Notes: generated from the letters alone by a model not told the origin. Positions 36,844 to 47,758 are shown, numbered from the stretch's first letter. The stretch: DNA of 64,000 bases from Candidatus Gastranaerophilales bacterium (GCA_944324345.1 CALUVT010000004.1:116246-180245); one strand, 5' to 3'. A program made the numbers and translations.

Positions 36844-37656
36844 ATGTCTAGAAAACCTATTATTGCAGGAAACTGGAAAATGAATTTACTTCGTGGTGAA
36901 GCTAAAGAAGTTTTTGAAGGTGTTAAAAATTTTGTAAAAGATTATACCGCAAAAGAATTGCCAACCGTTGTAATTGCACCTGTATTTACATCAATTTCAG
37001 CAGTAGAAGCAGTAAGATGTGACTGCGGATGCGGCGGAAATAAAATTTCTATCGCAGGCCAAAACTGCCACTGGGAAAAATCAGGAGCATACACAGGTGA
37101 AATTTCTGTCGAAATGCTAAAAGATGCAGGATGTGATTATGTAATCATCGGACACTCCGAAAGAAGACAATACTTCTCAGAAACTGATGAGATGATTAAC
37201 AAAAAAGCAAAAGCTATTTTAGCAGGCGGTTTGATTCCTATTATCTGCTGCGGTGAAACTCTTGAACAAAGGGAATCAGGTGTAACAGATTCTTGGATTG
37301 CAGGTCAAATTAAGGCAGCACTTGAAGGTATCTCATCAGAAGACGTTGCAAAATCAGTTATCGCATATGAACCTATTTGGGCTATCGGCACAGGTAAAAC
37401 TTGTGATGCAGACGAAGCTAACAGAGTAATCGCTATGATTAGAAGTGTTGTAAAAGAAGTTGCAGGAGCATCTGCTGCTGATTCTATAAGAATTCTTTAC
37501 GGCGGATCTGTTAAACCTTCAACTATTGAAGAACAAATGTCTAAATCAGATATCGACGGTGCTTTAATCGGTGGAGCTTCACTAAAAGCAGAAAGCTTAA
37601 ACGAAATTATTGAAAAAACAATGAGATTGATGAGCAAAGAAACAGCTAACGTATAA
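36844..37656 (+). CDS. tpiA: Triosephosphate isomerase
   Basis: AGNWKMN, IGHSERR, AYEPIWAIGTG, GGASL. Start at MSRKPIIAGNWKMN, which has SD GGAGAG. Confidence 0.95.
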   Translation: MSRKPIIAGNWKMNLLRGEAKEVFEGVKNFVKDYTAKELPTVVIAPVFTSISAVEAVRCDCGCGGNKISIAGQNCHWEKSGAYTGEISVEMLKDAGCDYVIIGHSERRQYFSETDEMINKKAKAILAGGLIPIICCGETLEQRESGVTDSWIAGQIKAALEGISSEDVAKSVIAYEPIWAIGTGKTCDADEANRVIAMIRSVVKEVAGASAADSIRILYGGSVKPSTIEEQMSKSDIDGALIGGASLKAESLNEIIEKTMRLMSKETANV

Positions 37657-37676
37657 TCTCTAAGTAGAATTAAAAT

Positions 37677-37712
37677 AAAACCTGTAAATAATTTACAGGT
37701 TTTATTTTTTTT
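37677..37712 (+). terminator. Rho-independent terminator of tpiA
   Basis: AAAACCTGTAAAT / ATTTACAGGTTTT followed by a T-run. Confidence 0.75.
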
Positions 37713-37945
37713 ATTTTTACAATTTTAATAAGTTTAATTCACATTTAGTTACATTATTTTTTTTTGTCTAAAATCCTTTTAATCAAGTAAAATTAAAGAA
37801 TTTTAAAATTTAAATCCTGATTTTACTAGAGAATATATAGAAAATAATAATAATTCCTACTTTACAAATAAACACTTATGTAGTACAATATAAATTGTAG
37901 AAAAAGAGATGCTATTAATTTTGAGAATTTAGAAAGGTGGTCAAA

Positions 37946-38485
37946 ATGGCTAAATTTGTATGTACAGTATGCGGTTGGTCTACAGAAGCTGATAAAGCTC
38001 CTGACAGATGTCCTTTATGCGGAGCAACAACATTTAAAGAAGTTGGCGGAGCTGAAAAAGTTTATGCTTGCGAACATAAAGTAGGCGACGGCGTTGTTGA
38101 AGATAAAGAAGTTATGGAAGGCTTAAGAGCACACTTTACAGGTGAATGCACAGAAGTAGGGATGTACTTGGCAATGGCAAGAGTTGCTGAAAGAGAAGGA
38201 TATCCTGAAGTTGCTGAAGCATATAAAAGATACGCTTTTGAAGAAGCTGAACATGCTGCAAAATTTGCTGAATTACTAGGTGAAGTAGTAACAGATTCTA
38301 CAAAGAAAAATCTTGAAATGAGAGCAGCAGCTGAACACGGAGCTTGTGAAGGCAAACTTGCAATTGCAAGACGTGCTAAAGAACTTGGATATGACGCTAT
38401 CCATGATACAGTTCACGAAATGGCTAAAGATGAAGCTCGTCATGGTAAAGGTTTTGATGGTTTATTGAAGAGATATTTTTCATAA
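37946..38485 (+). CDS. Reverse rubrerythrin (N-terminal rubredoxin-like Cys4 + C-terminal diiron four-helix bundle)
   Basis: CTVCG...CPLCG at the N-terminus, then E..E..H ligand pairs ([18 protein letters not shown]). Start at ATG 37946, which has SD AAAGGTGG. Confidence 0.85.
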   Translation: MAKFVCTVCGWSTEADKAPDRCPLCGATTFKEVGGAEKVYACEHKVGDGVVEDKEVMEGLRAHFTGECTEVGMYLAMARVAEREGYPEVAEAYKRYAFEEAEHAAKFAELLGEVVTDSTKKNLEMRAAAEHGACEGKLAIARRAKELGYDAIHDTVHEMAKDEARHGKGFDGLLKRYFS

Positions 38486-38505
38486 TTTGATGTCATAATC
38501 AATAA

Positions 38506-38537
38506 CCAAAAAGGCACTTTAAAAAGTGCCTTTTTTT
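38506..38537. terminator. Bidirectional terminator
   Basis: AAGGCACTTT / AAAGTGCCTT with A and T runs, between convergent genes. Confidence 0.7.
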
Positions 38538-38566
38538 ATTTTTTTAAATCCGTCTAACATTAAAAT

Positions 38567-39013
38567 TTATCTTCTGTGAATATCAACATTATTTTCATAG
38601 AGAAGTTGTTTACTTTTTATTTTGTAAAGTTCATTTTTTTGAGATTCAATTTTCCTTAAATTTGCGTAACAGGCTGATTTTGCATCACTGCTTAAAACTT
38701 CACAAGTTTTCAAATACTTTTCAAAGCTGACACGACGTTCAGCCCAATAATTTTTCTTTACTCGTTCAGATTTTACGAAACTGAAAATATTAAAAACATC
38801 ATGACTATCTTTGTAAACCGCATTTTCATAACCTGCTTCACAAAATTCCGACCACCTTGGTGGCAATTCTTCTCTAACAGGAACAACGGGTTTCATGATA
38901 CTTTGAGCTGGTATAACTTCAGATTTTGGCACCGTTATTTCTTCTGCCACATCGTCACACATAACCGGAAGCCCGATAACAAGTAAAGACAATATTATAA
39001 ATATTTTTTTCAT
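38567..39013 (-). CDS. Hypothetical secreted protein (148 aa)
   Basis: Signal peptide MKKIFIILSLLVIGLPVMC. No recognisable domain. Confidence 0.45.
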   Translation of the reverse strand: MKKIFIILSLLVIGLPVMCDDVAEEITVPKSEVIPAQSIMKPVVPVREELPPRWSEFCEAGYENAVYKDSHDVFNIFSFVKSERVKKNYWAERRVSFEKYLKTCEVLSSDAKSACYANLRKIESQKNELYKIKSKQLLYENNVDIHRR

Positions 39014-39022
39014 AAGTGACTC

Positions 39023-40696
39023 CTATACGCTGACAAGCTCTTTTACTTCTTTACGTTTAACTTTTCTTGTTACAGTCCTTGGTAAAGGATTTTTACTTAC
39101 AACTATATTAATCGGTCTTTTGTACGGAGTCAACCTTAATGATAATTTTTTAACCTCATCTTTTATAAGTTTATCTACTGTATCCCAATCGTACTTCTGA
39201 ACAACATCGTCAGCAGGCACAATAACTGCGGATATTTCCTCAGTCCCGTCTTTTGCACCAAAAGTTCTTGAAGTTCCTAAAACACAAACTTCAGCGATGT
39301 ATGGGCTTTTTTCTATTACTGATTCAACCTCTTCCGGAAAAACTTTTTTCCCGCCGGATAGAACAATCATATTTTTTATTCTTCCGGTTATGTAAATATG
39401 CCCTTCCTTACTAATTCTTGCGATATCCCCTGTATGCAGCCATCCGTCAGGTTCTATAACCTCGGCAGTGAGCTCCGGATGATTGTGATAACCTTTCATT
39501 ACACAAGGGCCCTTTAGCATTAACTCGCCTGTCTGCTCATCAATTTTAGCCTCAAAACTGTTTAAAGGCTTTCCTACAGAAGCAATATCTCCACGTCTTT
39601 GGTAATTTACCGATGCTACAGGACTAACTTCCGATAAGCCATAGCCTTGGTAAACCTTTATTCCAATTCTTTCAAAAAATTCTCCCACACTGATATCTAA
39701 AGGGGCACCTCCAGATATGCAACCTGAAAAGTGACCGCCAAATTTTTGGTGAATTTTCTTAAACATCAATTTCTTAATTCTATAGGACGGAATAAATTTT
39801 GCAAGTTTAAACATTAAATTAAACATAACTTGAACATGTTTTGGAGAATTTTTTAATTCATTTTCAATCCCAGTTTCCAAAAGTTTCAAAAATGCAGGGA
39901 CTACAATCATGAATTCAATTTGTTTTTCTCTCATTATACTTAAGACATCTTTAGGCTTAAGACTCGGGGTATAGTAAACAGAAAAACCAAAATTCAAAAA
40001 TGTAGAAAATCCGACAGTCATCTCAAAAAGATGGTTCATAGGCAAAATTGACAATATATTTACATTTTTATATGGCAAAATTTTATCAAGAACAATTTTC
40101 AAATCATCCAGCTGAGCCATCATATTGGAAAAAGTTATTTCAACTCCTTTAGGAGCTCCCGTTGTCCCTGATGTATAAATAATAAAAGCAGTTGAACCGG
40201 AATTTCTAAAACGCCATTTGTAATCATAATTATCAGGCAGTTCATAAATGCTTTTTTCTTCAATATTACAGGACGGCTCATCCATTAAAATAACTTCTTT
40301 TATTGATGGAATAACATCTTTCAAATATCTTGCCATTTCTAGATGACTTTCTGAAACCATAATAACAGATGGTTCACAGTCAGAAAGTATTGATTTAAGT
40401 TCATATTTTGTAAGCTTTACATCCAAAGGGACAGAAACCATGCCTGCAATAACAGATGCAAAAACACAAGCTCCATATTCGGGTTTGGACTCAGATAAAA
40501 TTGCCATCCTTTCACCCTTTTGAATTTTCAGCTCGTTTATTAAGTAATGAGCAATCTTCCTCGACATCAAACCTATTCCGCGATAGGTAAATTCTCTCCA
40601 GCCATATTTGTTTTTCATTCCCAAAGCGACTTTATCTGCATATTTTTCAGTACGTTCCTGCAGCAAAAACAAAACATTTTTCTTACATAATCCCAT
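39023..40696 (-). CDS. Long-chain-fatty-acid--CoA ligase (AMP-binding family)
   Basis: YTSGTTGAPKG, GYGLSE, TGDIA, and the C-terminal KV.RK motif. Start at MGLCKK, which has SD AAAGGTG. Confidence 0.85.
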   Translation of the reverse strand: MGLCKKNVLFLLQERTEKYADKVALGMKNKYGWREFTYRGIGLMSRKIAHYLINELKIQKGERMAILSESKPEYGACVFASVIAGMVSVPLDVKLTKYELKSILSDCEPSVIMVSESHLEMARYLKDVIPSIKEVILMDEPSCNIEEKSIYELPDNYDYKWRFRNSGSTAFIIYTSGTTGAPKGVEITFSNMMAQLDDLKIVLDKILPYKNVNILSILPMNHLFEMTVGFSTFLNFGFSVYYTPSLKPKDVLSIMREKQIEFMIVVPAFLKLLETGIENELKNSPKHVQVMFNLMFKLAKFIPSYRIKKLMFKKIHQKFGGHFSGCISGGAPLDISVGEFFERIGIKVYQGYGLSEVSPVASVNYQRRGDIASVGKPLNSFEAKIDEQTGELMLKGPCVMKGYHNHPELTAEVIEPDGWLHTGDIARISKEGHIYITGRIKNMIVLSGGKKVFPEEVESVIEKSPYIAEVCVLGTSRTFGAKDGTEEISAVIVPADDVVQKYDWDTVDKLIKDEVKKLSLRLTPYKRPINIVVSKNPLPRTVTRKVKRKEVKELVSV

Positions 40697-40821
40697 ACAA
40701 TAAACACCTTTCAAACCATTATGATATTAGGATATATTTTTTTTTGCGGAAAGTCAAGAGTATTAAGTATTTTTGTATTATAATTTAATCAGTTAACATA
40801 AATAGCAGGGAATTTTTGAGA

Positions 40822-42171
40822 ATGAAAAAAGTATATATAGAAACAATGGGCTGCCAAATGAACAAGTCAGATACTGAAAGAATGCTTGGGATGTTATCTT
40901 ATTTGGGATATGAAGAAGTCAAACAGGCTGAAAAAGCAGATTTGCTAATGGTTAACACTTGTTCTATAAGACAACTTAGTGAGGATAAAGCTTTTAGTCA
41001 ACTTGGAGTTTGGGGCAAGTGGAAACAAGACGGCAAAAACATAAAAATCGGTATTTGCGGCTGTGTTGCACAACAAAAAGCTCAAACGATATTTAAGCGA
41101 GCTCCTTATGTAGATTTTGTCTTAGGAACCCATAAAATATATGCATTACCGGAAATTATAAAAAAAGTTAACAACGGGGAAAAAGTCTGCGAGTGTTCTG
41201 AAACCAATTTGACAGAAGATAATCTTTCGAAAAACTACGATATAAAAAGAGTAAAAGGCGTAAATGCCTGGATTCCGATAACCGAAGGATGTAACAATTT
41301 TTGTACGTATTGCATAGTTCCATACACAAGAGGAAGAGAACGTTCAAGATTACCGGAAGTAATACTTAAAGAAGCAAAAGACGCTTTAGATGCAGGTTTT
41401 AAAGAAATTACTCTGCTTGGGCAAAATGTAGATAGTTACGGTAAAGATTTTCCAACAAAACAACCTGAAAAACCGGAACTTGCGAATTATAGACTTGCAC
41501 AACTTTTGAGAGACTTAAATTCAATTGACGGCAAATTTAGGATACGATTTGTCACATCATATCCGACAGATATAACAGATGAACTTATAAAAACTGTTGT
41601 CGAACTTGATAAGGTTTGTGAATATTTTCATATTCCTATGCAATCAGGCAGTTCGGAAGTCTTAAAAGCAATGAACAGACGTTATGATAGAGAAACTTAC
41701 GCTAAAATTGTAAAAAAAGTCCGTGATATGGTTCCCGATGTGACTATAACAAGCGATTTTATAGCAGGTTTCCCCGGAGAAACAGAAGAGCAATTTGAAG
41801 AAACACTCAGTGCAATTGATGAATTTGAACTTGACTACTCAAACCTCGCATCATATTCACCGAGAGAAAAAACCGTCGCAGCCAGATGGGTTGACAAATT
41901 TATTCCGGAAGATGTTAAAGATGAAAGATTCCAAAGACTAAATAAAAAAGTTCAAGAAAACTGTCTGAAATCAAATAAAAAATACGTCGGACGAACAATG
42001 GAAGTACTAATTGAAAATTTTTACGAACATAAAGGTCAAATGATTAATACGGGAAAAACTCGAAATTTCAAAACAGTTCACATTCCTTTTGATAAGGATT
42101 TGACAGGAGAGTTCGTAAACGTAAAAATTTCAGGCACAAAAACCTGGTACCTTCAAGGGGAAATTTTATAA
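40822..42171 (+). CDS. miaB: tRNA-i6A37 methylthiotransferase
   Basis: MTTase N-terminus with TMGCQMN, radical-SAM CNNFCTYCIVP, C-terminal TRAM. Confidence 0.9.
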   Translation: MKKVYIETMGCQMNKSDTERMLGMLSYLGYEEVKQAEKADLLMVNTCSIRQLSEDKAFSQLGVWGKWKQDGKNIKIGICGCVAQQKAQTIFKRAPYVDFVLGTHKIYALPEIIKKVNNGEKVCECSETNLTEDNLSKNYDIKRVKGVNAWIPITEGCNNFCTYCIVPYTRGRERSRLPEVILKEAKDALDAGFKEITLLGQNVDSYGKDFPTKQPEKPELANYRLAQLLRDLNSIDGKFRIRFVTSYPTDITDELIKTVVELDKVCEYFHIPMQSGSSEVLKAMNRRYDRETYAKIVKKVRDMVPDVTITSDFIAGFPGETEEQFEETLSAIDEFELDYSNLASYSPREKTVAARWVDKFIPEDVKDERFQRLNKKVQENCLKSNKKYVGRTMEVLIENFYEHKGQMINTGKTRNFKTVHIPFDKDLTGEFVNVKISGTKTWYLQGEIL

Positions 42172-42296
42172 CTTTTCCGACTAAAATCTAATACAGGTTT
42201 TTATCCTAAGATTAAGTTCTATTTGCCTTTAAAGTTTTATTGTGAAAAAGAACTTATTTGTAATATAATATTTACAGTTAGGGAAAGGGAGAAAAA

Positions 42297-43250
42297 ATGG
42301 TAAAAAATAGAATTGGAATAGATGTCGGCGGAACTAACGTAAAAATAGCTCTTGTGGATGATAGAGGGAATATTGTGTATTCAAATTCAGTTCCAACACG
42401 TGCGGAAATGGGTTATGAATATACTGTCAACAACATAAAACAAGCAATCAGTGATTTACTTAAAGAAACAAAATTAACACCAAAAGATATCGAAGGCATC
42501 GGATTTGGTTTTCCTGGTCAAGTCGATTATAAGGCAGGAATTGTAAGGAATGCTCCTAATATCCCGGGATGGGTTGAAGTGCCTATTGCCAAACTTATTG
42601 AAGATGAATTTCATATCCCTACACGAGTTGATAATGATGTAAGATGTGCAGCTTTGGGAGAACTAAACTATGGTGCAGGTAAAGGATGCGAAAATCTGAT
42701 TTGCATAACAGTCGGTACAGGTATAGGTTCCGGTCTTATAATTAATGGGAAATTAGTTCGCGGAGCATCTAATGCAGCAGGTGAAATAGGACATATTAAA
42801 CTGCAAATGAAAGACGGTCCTATATGTGGATGCGGAGACACAGGCTGTCTGGAAGCTTTTGCATCCGGCCCATCAATTGTTGCAATGGCAAATGATTATA
42901 TAAAAGGTGGAAAATCCGCAAAATTCCGTGAAATGGCTGAAGGCGGAGCAATTACTCCATATATAGTATGCGAAGCCGCAAAAGCAGGAGATCCTGTCGC
43001 TCAAAGAATTTTTGCAATTATGGGCGAATATATCGGAATAGGGATGGCAAGTGTTGTTAACCTCTTAAATCCTGAAAGAATTATCGTCGGCGGCGGTGTT
43101 GCAGATGCAGGAGATTTTCTTTTAAATCCATTGAAAGAAGCTTTGTACAAACGAGCAATGAAGGTTGCCGGATCTGCTGTTGAAGTAGTTCCTGCACAAT
43201 TAGGCAACACAGCAGGCGTAATTGGTGCAAGTTTGCTTATAGAAAGTTAA
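42297..43250 (+). CDS. glk: ROK-family glucokinase
   Basis: GIDVGGTN, GELNYGAG, zinc motif GHIKL...CGCGDTGCLE. Confidence 0.8.
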   Translation: MVKNRIGIDVGGTNVKIALVDDRGNIVYSNSVPTRAEMGYEYTVNNIKQAISDLLKETKLTPKDIEGIGFGFPGQVDYKAGIVRNAPNIPGWVEVPIAKLIEDEFHIPTRVDNDVRCAALGELNYGAGKGCENLICITVGTGIGSGLIINGKLVRGASNAAGEIGHIKLQMKDGPICGCGDTGCLEAFASGPSIVAMANDYIKGGKSAKFREMAEGGAITPYIVCEAAKAGDPVAQRIFAIMGEYIGIGMASVVNLLNPERIIVGGGVADAGDFLLNPLKEALYKRAMKVAGSAVEVVPAQLGNTAGVIGASLLIES

Positions 43251-43260
43251 TTTATAAAAT

Positions 43261-44217
43261 ATGGCAGTATACTTTTTTTACGGCGAAGAAGATTACAATA
43301 TTGAACAGGAAATCGGGAAATTAAAAAAAGGGCTCGATAAAAATTTTCTTGAAATGTCTTTCAAAACCTACGACAACCCGAAGTTTCCCGATTTAGTTTC
43401 AATATTACGTTCACAGCCTATGATGTTTGGGAAAATGCTTATTGTAGTAAACTGCCTTGAATATTTTTCTAAAACTTTTGACGATAAAGAAATCAAAGAA
43501 ATTGAACTGGCATTAGAAAATAATAATGAAAATGTCGATATTGTGTTTGTCGCAACACTAAAGAGAGGAGAAGGAAGTAAACTCGATAGCAGAAGAAAGC
43601 TATTTAAAATCCTGAAAAAATATAATGCGGTTGAGTTTAATGTAATTCCGACTTACAAAACGGCAGAACTTGAAAGCTGGATAATCAAACAGGGTAAATC
43701 AAAAGGAATAAAATTTGATAAAAATGCACTTACTGCAATAATTTCTCAAATAGGGAATAATCTGCGTCAAATTGATAAGGAATTGGATAAGTTAAAACTT
43801 TTTGCATATCCGAATGACACTATAAATTCAGATATGGTAAAAGAAATTTGTGTGTCCAATGAAGATTTGTTTTCTTTTTCGGACTATCTTATGGAAAATA
43901 AAAAAGACTTAGCTCTGTTGGAATACAGAAAACTTTTAGATACACGCTACCCGCTTGAAATCCTATCGACTTTGCAAACAATGCTGAGACGGTGGATTAT
44001 ACTAAAAGCAAAAGCTCATAGTTCAACCGCATTTGAACTTGCCAAATTAACAGGCATGCATGAATACGTTGTAAAACTAAATCTTCAAAAACTTAAAAAC
44101 ACAAATTTAAAAGATTTGGTAAAATTAAAGGAAAATTTAACAAATTCAGAATACCGTATCAAAGCCGGTCTGGTAACAGATGTTGAAAAAGAGGTGGAAA
44201 ATGCTCTCTTTAGATGA
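43261..44217 (+). CDS. holA: DNA polymerase III delta subunit
   Basis: YFFYGEEDYNIEQEI N-terminus, size, and adjacency to the delta' gene. Confidence 0.7.
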   Translation: MAVYFFYGEEDYNIEQEIGKLKKGLDKNFLEMSFKTYDNPKFPDLVSILRSQPMMFGKMLIVVNCLEYFSKTFDDKEIKEIELALENNNENVDIVFVATLKRGEGSKLDSRRKLFKILKKYNAVEFNVIPTYKTAELESWIIKQGKSKGIKFDKNALTAIISQIGNNLRQIDKELDKLKLFAYPNDTINSDMVKEICVSNEDLFSFSDYLMENKKDLALLEYRKLLDTRYPLEILSTLQTMLRRWIILKAKAHSSTAFELAKLTGMHEYVVKLNLQKLKNTNLKDLVKLKENLTNSEYRIKAGLVTDVEKEVENALFR

Positions 44218-45061
44218 AAAATATCCGTTTTTAATCAAATACTTTAAACGTGGAATAGCATCTCAAAACAGACAAATTTCACACTGCATACTATTCTATG
44301 GTTCAGATATTCAAACACAATACGAACTGGCACTTGAGATTGCTCGAATGCTTAATTGCAAAGGCGACCATACCCAAACCTGTCAGTGTCTTAATTGTAA
44401 ATGGATTCGAGAAAACAACCACCCTGCTGTCATGACAATATCAAAAATTGATAACAAGCCTCAAGGAGATAATTCAAAAACCGTAATTTCTATAGAACAA
44501 GCAAGAATGATAAAAAATGACCTGCTTGTAACTTCAGATTATCATAGGGTTTTAATTTTTTGTGACAAAGATAAAGACGGGAATGTTCAAGGTTTAAACC
44601 CGCAAAACTTTCAAGATGATGCAGCAAATGCACTACTAAAAACTTTTGAGGAACCTCCTGCCAACACAACATTTTTCTTCCTGACTAAGGACAAAACGGA
44701 TTTGATTAACACAGTTGTCTCCCGCTCTCAATGTTTTTATGTACCATCTATGAAAAATGAAGATAATGATTTTTCAATTGTAAAAGACGCAATGGAAGGA
44801 TATCTGGGACTTGAACGAGGGGAAGTACTTGACTTTAATGATAAAATTTTAAACCTTGCAAAAGAACATGATCCTGAACTTGTTTTTACACAAATGCAAA
44901 GTTATATCGAAGCTCTTTTGAAATCAAATCTTCAAAACACTACCTTAAAAATTAAACTCATTGATGATTTGAAAGCAATTGAAACTGCTAAAAAAGAATT
45001 TCACTTAAATATGAATATTCAAACAATAATTGAAACACTAAGTTTCAAATTAATATTGTAA
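44201..45061 (+). CDS. holB: DNA polymerase III delta' subunit
   Basis: HCILFYG, Cys-rich module CKGDHTQTCQCLNCKWIRENNHPAV, LLKTFEEPP. Start at ATG 44201, which has SD GAGGTGG. Confidence 0.7.
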   Translation: MLSLDEKYPFLIKYFKRGIASQNRQISHCILFYGSDIQTQYELALEIARMLNCKGDHTQTCQCLNCKWIRENNHPAVMTISKIDNKPQGDNSKTVISIEQARMIKNDLLVTSDYHRVLIFCDKDKDGNVQGLNPQNFQDDAANALLKTFEEPPANTTFFFLTKDKTDLINTVVSRSQCFYVPSMKNEDNDFSIVKDAMEGYLGLERGEVLDFNDKILNLAKEHDPELVFTQMQSYIEALLKSNLQNTTLKIKLIDDLKAIETAKKEFHLNMNIQTIIETLSFKLIL

Positions 45062-45158
45062 GTCAGAAATTAACAAGTTCAGAGGTTATATTTTTTTTAA
45101 AGACTTTATTTAGTTGACAGCAAAACTTCAAAATAAATTGCGATAACTAATCTCTTAA

Positions 45159-45740
45159 TTATTCGGCAAGATTTTTTTTAAAAATAAACGTATCAATCTT
45201 CTTACCATTTACAGTAAAACAAAATTCTTTAACCGGGATAAAGTTATTTTTCTGATAATAATGAAAATCGCAAGTTGTATCAGTCCATAGGTATATATTT
45301 TTAATATCGTTTTCTTTTGCAGCATCGACTAACTTAGACAAAAGAATTTTCCCTCCACCTTTTTTTTGACTTATGAAAAGCCCCATCATTAAATCGTCGG
45401 AATTCATAAAATTCTTAACTTCTTTACCTGCATTTTCAACATATTCAAAAAGATTAAGGGCTATTTGTTTGTCTTTTTCATTAAGTGATAAAATTTTATT
45501 ATTATATTTCTCGATTGTAGAATTTCGGTCTGTTTTTAGTGAAGCAAAAATCAACCCGCATAATATATCATCATAAAGCACAAAAGAAAATTTCTTATTC
45601 AAATAATAATATTCGAGAGTGAAGTCGTAGATAAATTTTTGCAAATCACAACTATTATTTGCATACAGATTTCCCCATACAGCATGGGTAATTTTTGAAG
45701 CATCTTCAATATCACTATCTAAAAATTTTCTAACAATCAT
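45159..45740 (-). CDS. GNAT-family N-acetyltransferase
   Basis: 193 aa. QKKGGGKILLSKLV acetyl-CoA loop and a GNAT-like beta-strand pattern. Confidence 0.55.
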   Translation of the reverse strand: MIVRKFLDSDIEDASKITHAVWGNLYANNSCDLQKFIYDFTLEYYYLNKKFSFVLYDDILCGLIFASLKTDRNSTIEKYNNKILSLNEKDKQIALNLFEYVENAGKEVKNFMNSDDLMMGLFISQKKGGGKILLSKLVDAAKENDIKNIYLWTDTTCDFHYYQKNNFIPVKEFCFTVNGKKIDTFIFKKNLAE

Positions 45741-46843
45741 ATTAAAAATTTACCATTTTCATATATGAGTTTGTCATCTGCATAAATACACGAATTGTGC
45801 TTCATATTCTTAATCATATCCCAGTGAATACCGGAAACATTTTTACCGCCCGTTTCAGGATATGATGCACCGACTGCCATATGTATAGCTCCACCAATCT
45901 TTTCATCAAAAAGAATATTTCCGGTAACTTCTTGAATTTCGTCATTAGTACCTATTGCAATTTCTCCAATATATTTTGAGCCATCATCAGTATTAAGCAT
46001 CGCTTCCAAAAAGTCACGCCCTGTATCTGCATCAAATTTTACAATCTTTCCGTTTTCAATCCATAAATGAACACCTGTTGCACTGTTCCCACGGTAATTC
46101 TGCGGGAAATCAAAATATATTTCCCCGTTAATACCATCTTCCACAGGAGATGTAAAAACTTCACCATCAGGATAATTATTCAATCCAGAACAGCTTATCC
46201 ATTTTCTGCCTTCTACATTAAATGTTATGTCAGTTTTTTCACCAACTATGTGCAAATTTTTAACATTATTCAAATAACTTGCCCATTTTGCCTGTTTTTC
46301 TTCCAATTCTCGCAATTTTGCAACCGGATCATCCAGGTTTAAGTAGCAGGAATTGAATAAAAATTCCGAATACTCATCAAAAGACATCTTAGCTTCTTGT
46401 GCAAGAGCATGAGTTGGGACATCAGCTATAACCCATTTTGCATCTCCATTCGCGGATCTGTCCATTAAGGTTTTGGACAAACCCATAGATGCCTTTGAAC
46501 GACGAGATAGCTTTTGCATATCTGCACGTGCCATGTTTTTGGTATTCATAGGAGCTCCAATTGATATAAATTTATCAATCTTTTCGTATTCAAGTTGCGT
46601 AATAGGATCTATAAAATCAAGCTGTTCATCTGATGCATATTTAATGAATATATCTGAAAAATCTTCAAATGATGTTCTTAAAATAGGATGAGCACCTTTT
46701 TCAAGAACTCTTTTATAAACAGCTTTTACAAGATCTTTTGCATATATACTTGTCGCCCTAATTTGTACAAGGTCGCCTTTTTTCACATCAGTTGAATAAT
46801 CAACCAAAACCTGTGCATATTTATCCCAAATTGTTTTTTGCAT
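45737..46843 (-). CDS. Aminopeptidase, M29 (AmpS/PepS) family
   Basis: YAQVLVDYSTDVKKGDLV, NYPDGEVFTSP, GGAIHMAVG, GIHWDM. Confidence 0.85.
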   Translation of the reverse strand: MQKTIWDKYAQVLVDYSTDVKKGDLVQIRATSIYAKDLVKAVYKRVLEKGAHPILRTSFEDFSDIFIKYASDEQLDFIDPITQLEYEKIDKFISIGAPMNTKNMARADMQKLSRRSKASMGLSKTLMDRSANGDAKWVIADVPTHALAQEAKMSFDEYSEFLFNSCYLNLDDPVAKLRELEEKQAKWASYLNNVKNLHIVGEKTDITFNVEGRKWISCSGLNNYPDGEVFTSPVEDGINGEIYFDFPQNYRGNSATGVHLWIENGKIVKFDADTGRDFLEAMLNTDDGSKYIGEIAIGTNDEIQEVTGNILFDEKIGGAIHMAVGASYPETGGKNVSGIHWDMIKNMKHNSCIYADDKLIYENGKFLI

Positions 46844-46865
46844 AATATCTCCTATTCATATTAGT

Positions 46866-46921
46866 TTAAAAAAGCATCATTATAAATTGTATTCATACAA
46901 AAATGTTTCATAATGATGCTT
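46866..46921 (-). terminator. Terminator downstream of lpxA
   Basis: 12-bp stem AAGCATCATTAT / ATAATGATGCTT (26-nt loop) followed by a T-run on the minus strand. Confidence 0.55.
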
Positions 46922-46951
46922 TGATTTATTGAATAATTTTATACTTAATAA

Positions 46952-47758
46952 TTACTCATCCTGCAAAGATTCATGACCTGATTTATGAGATTTTAAAAGT
47001 ACCCCTCTTTTAGAGGTTTGGATAAAATCTATCATCTTTTCAATATATTCATTCATTGGAATTTCAGCTTTTATCTTCTCGATTGCTTGAGTAGTATTAT
47101 ATTCCTCAGATATTAACAGTTTGAAAGCTTCGTTAACATGTGTTCTAACCTCTTGAGGAACCCCACGACGTTTCAAGGCAATTACATTTAAACCGCGAGG
47201 TACAGGTGGTCTTCCTTCACCTTTGGAATAAGGCAAGATATCTTGACGAGATGCTGAAAAACCACTGATAATTGCCATATCACCAATTCTAATATTTTGA
47301 TGGAATACGCTCATTCCACCGACAAATGCTCCAAAACCAACATGAACATGCCCGCCTAAGGTTACCAAATTTGCCAATATTACTTCATCGGCAAGAACAC
47401 AATTATGAGCAACATGGGAGCCAACCATAAGCAAACATTTTTTACCGATTCTTGTGGTAAAATCACCGCAAGCAGCACCCCTGTGAACAGTTACATTTTC
47501 TTTAATAATTGTGCCATCACCTATTACAACTTTTGTCGGTTCACCTTTGTAACCCAAATCCTGAGGCTCAGAACCTATTGTCGCAAATGGAGAAATTGTA
47601 CAATCATCGCCAATTTCTGCAAATTCTATGTGAGCATTTGAAATTACCCTTGTTCTGTGACCTATAGTTACATTTTCACCTATAACTACGTAAGGGCCTA
47701 TAATTGCATCGTCTGCAATAACAGCAGAAGGGTGGATAATCGCGGTTTTGTCTATCAT
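46952..47758 (-). CDS. lpxA: Acyl-ACP--UDP-N-acetylglucosamine O-acyltransferase
   Basis: Left-handed beta-helix hexapeptide repeats, then a helical C-terminus with G.N..G..RRG. Confidence 0.9.
   Translation of the reverse strand: MIDKTAIIHPSAVIADDAIIGPYVVIGENVTIGHRTRVISNAHIEFAEIGDDCTISPFATIGSEPQDLGYKGEPTKVVIGDGTIIKENVTVHRGAACGDFTTRIGKKCLLMVGSHVAHNCVLADEVILANLVTLGGHVHVGFGAFVGGMSVFHQNIRIGDMAIISGFSASRQDILPYSKGEGRPPVPRGLNVIALKRRGVPQEVRTHVNEAFKLLISEEYNTTQAIEKIKAEIPMNEYIEKMIDFIQTSKRGVLLKSHKSGHESLQDE

Noticed and set aside
37713-37945. Possible PerR/Fur box (AAAATAATAATAATTCC) and TGTAGTACA motif in the AT-rich leader of the rubrerythrin gene.
   Set aside because: The sequence is not a convincing 7-1-7 inverted repeat (ATAAT-N-ATTAT). 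In DNA this AT-rich such matches are expected by chance.
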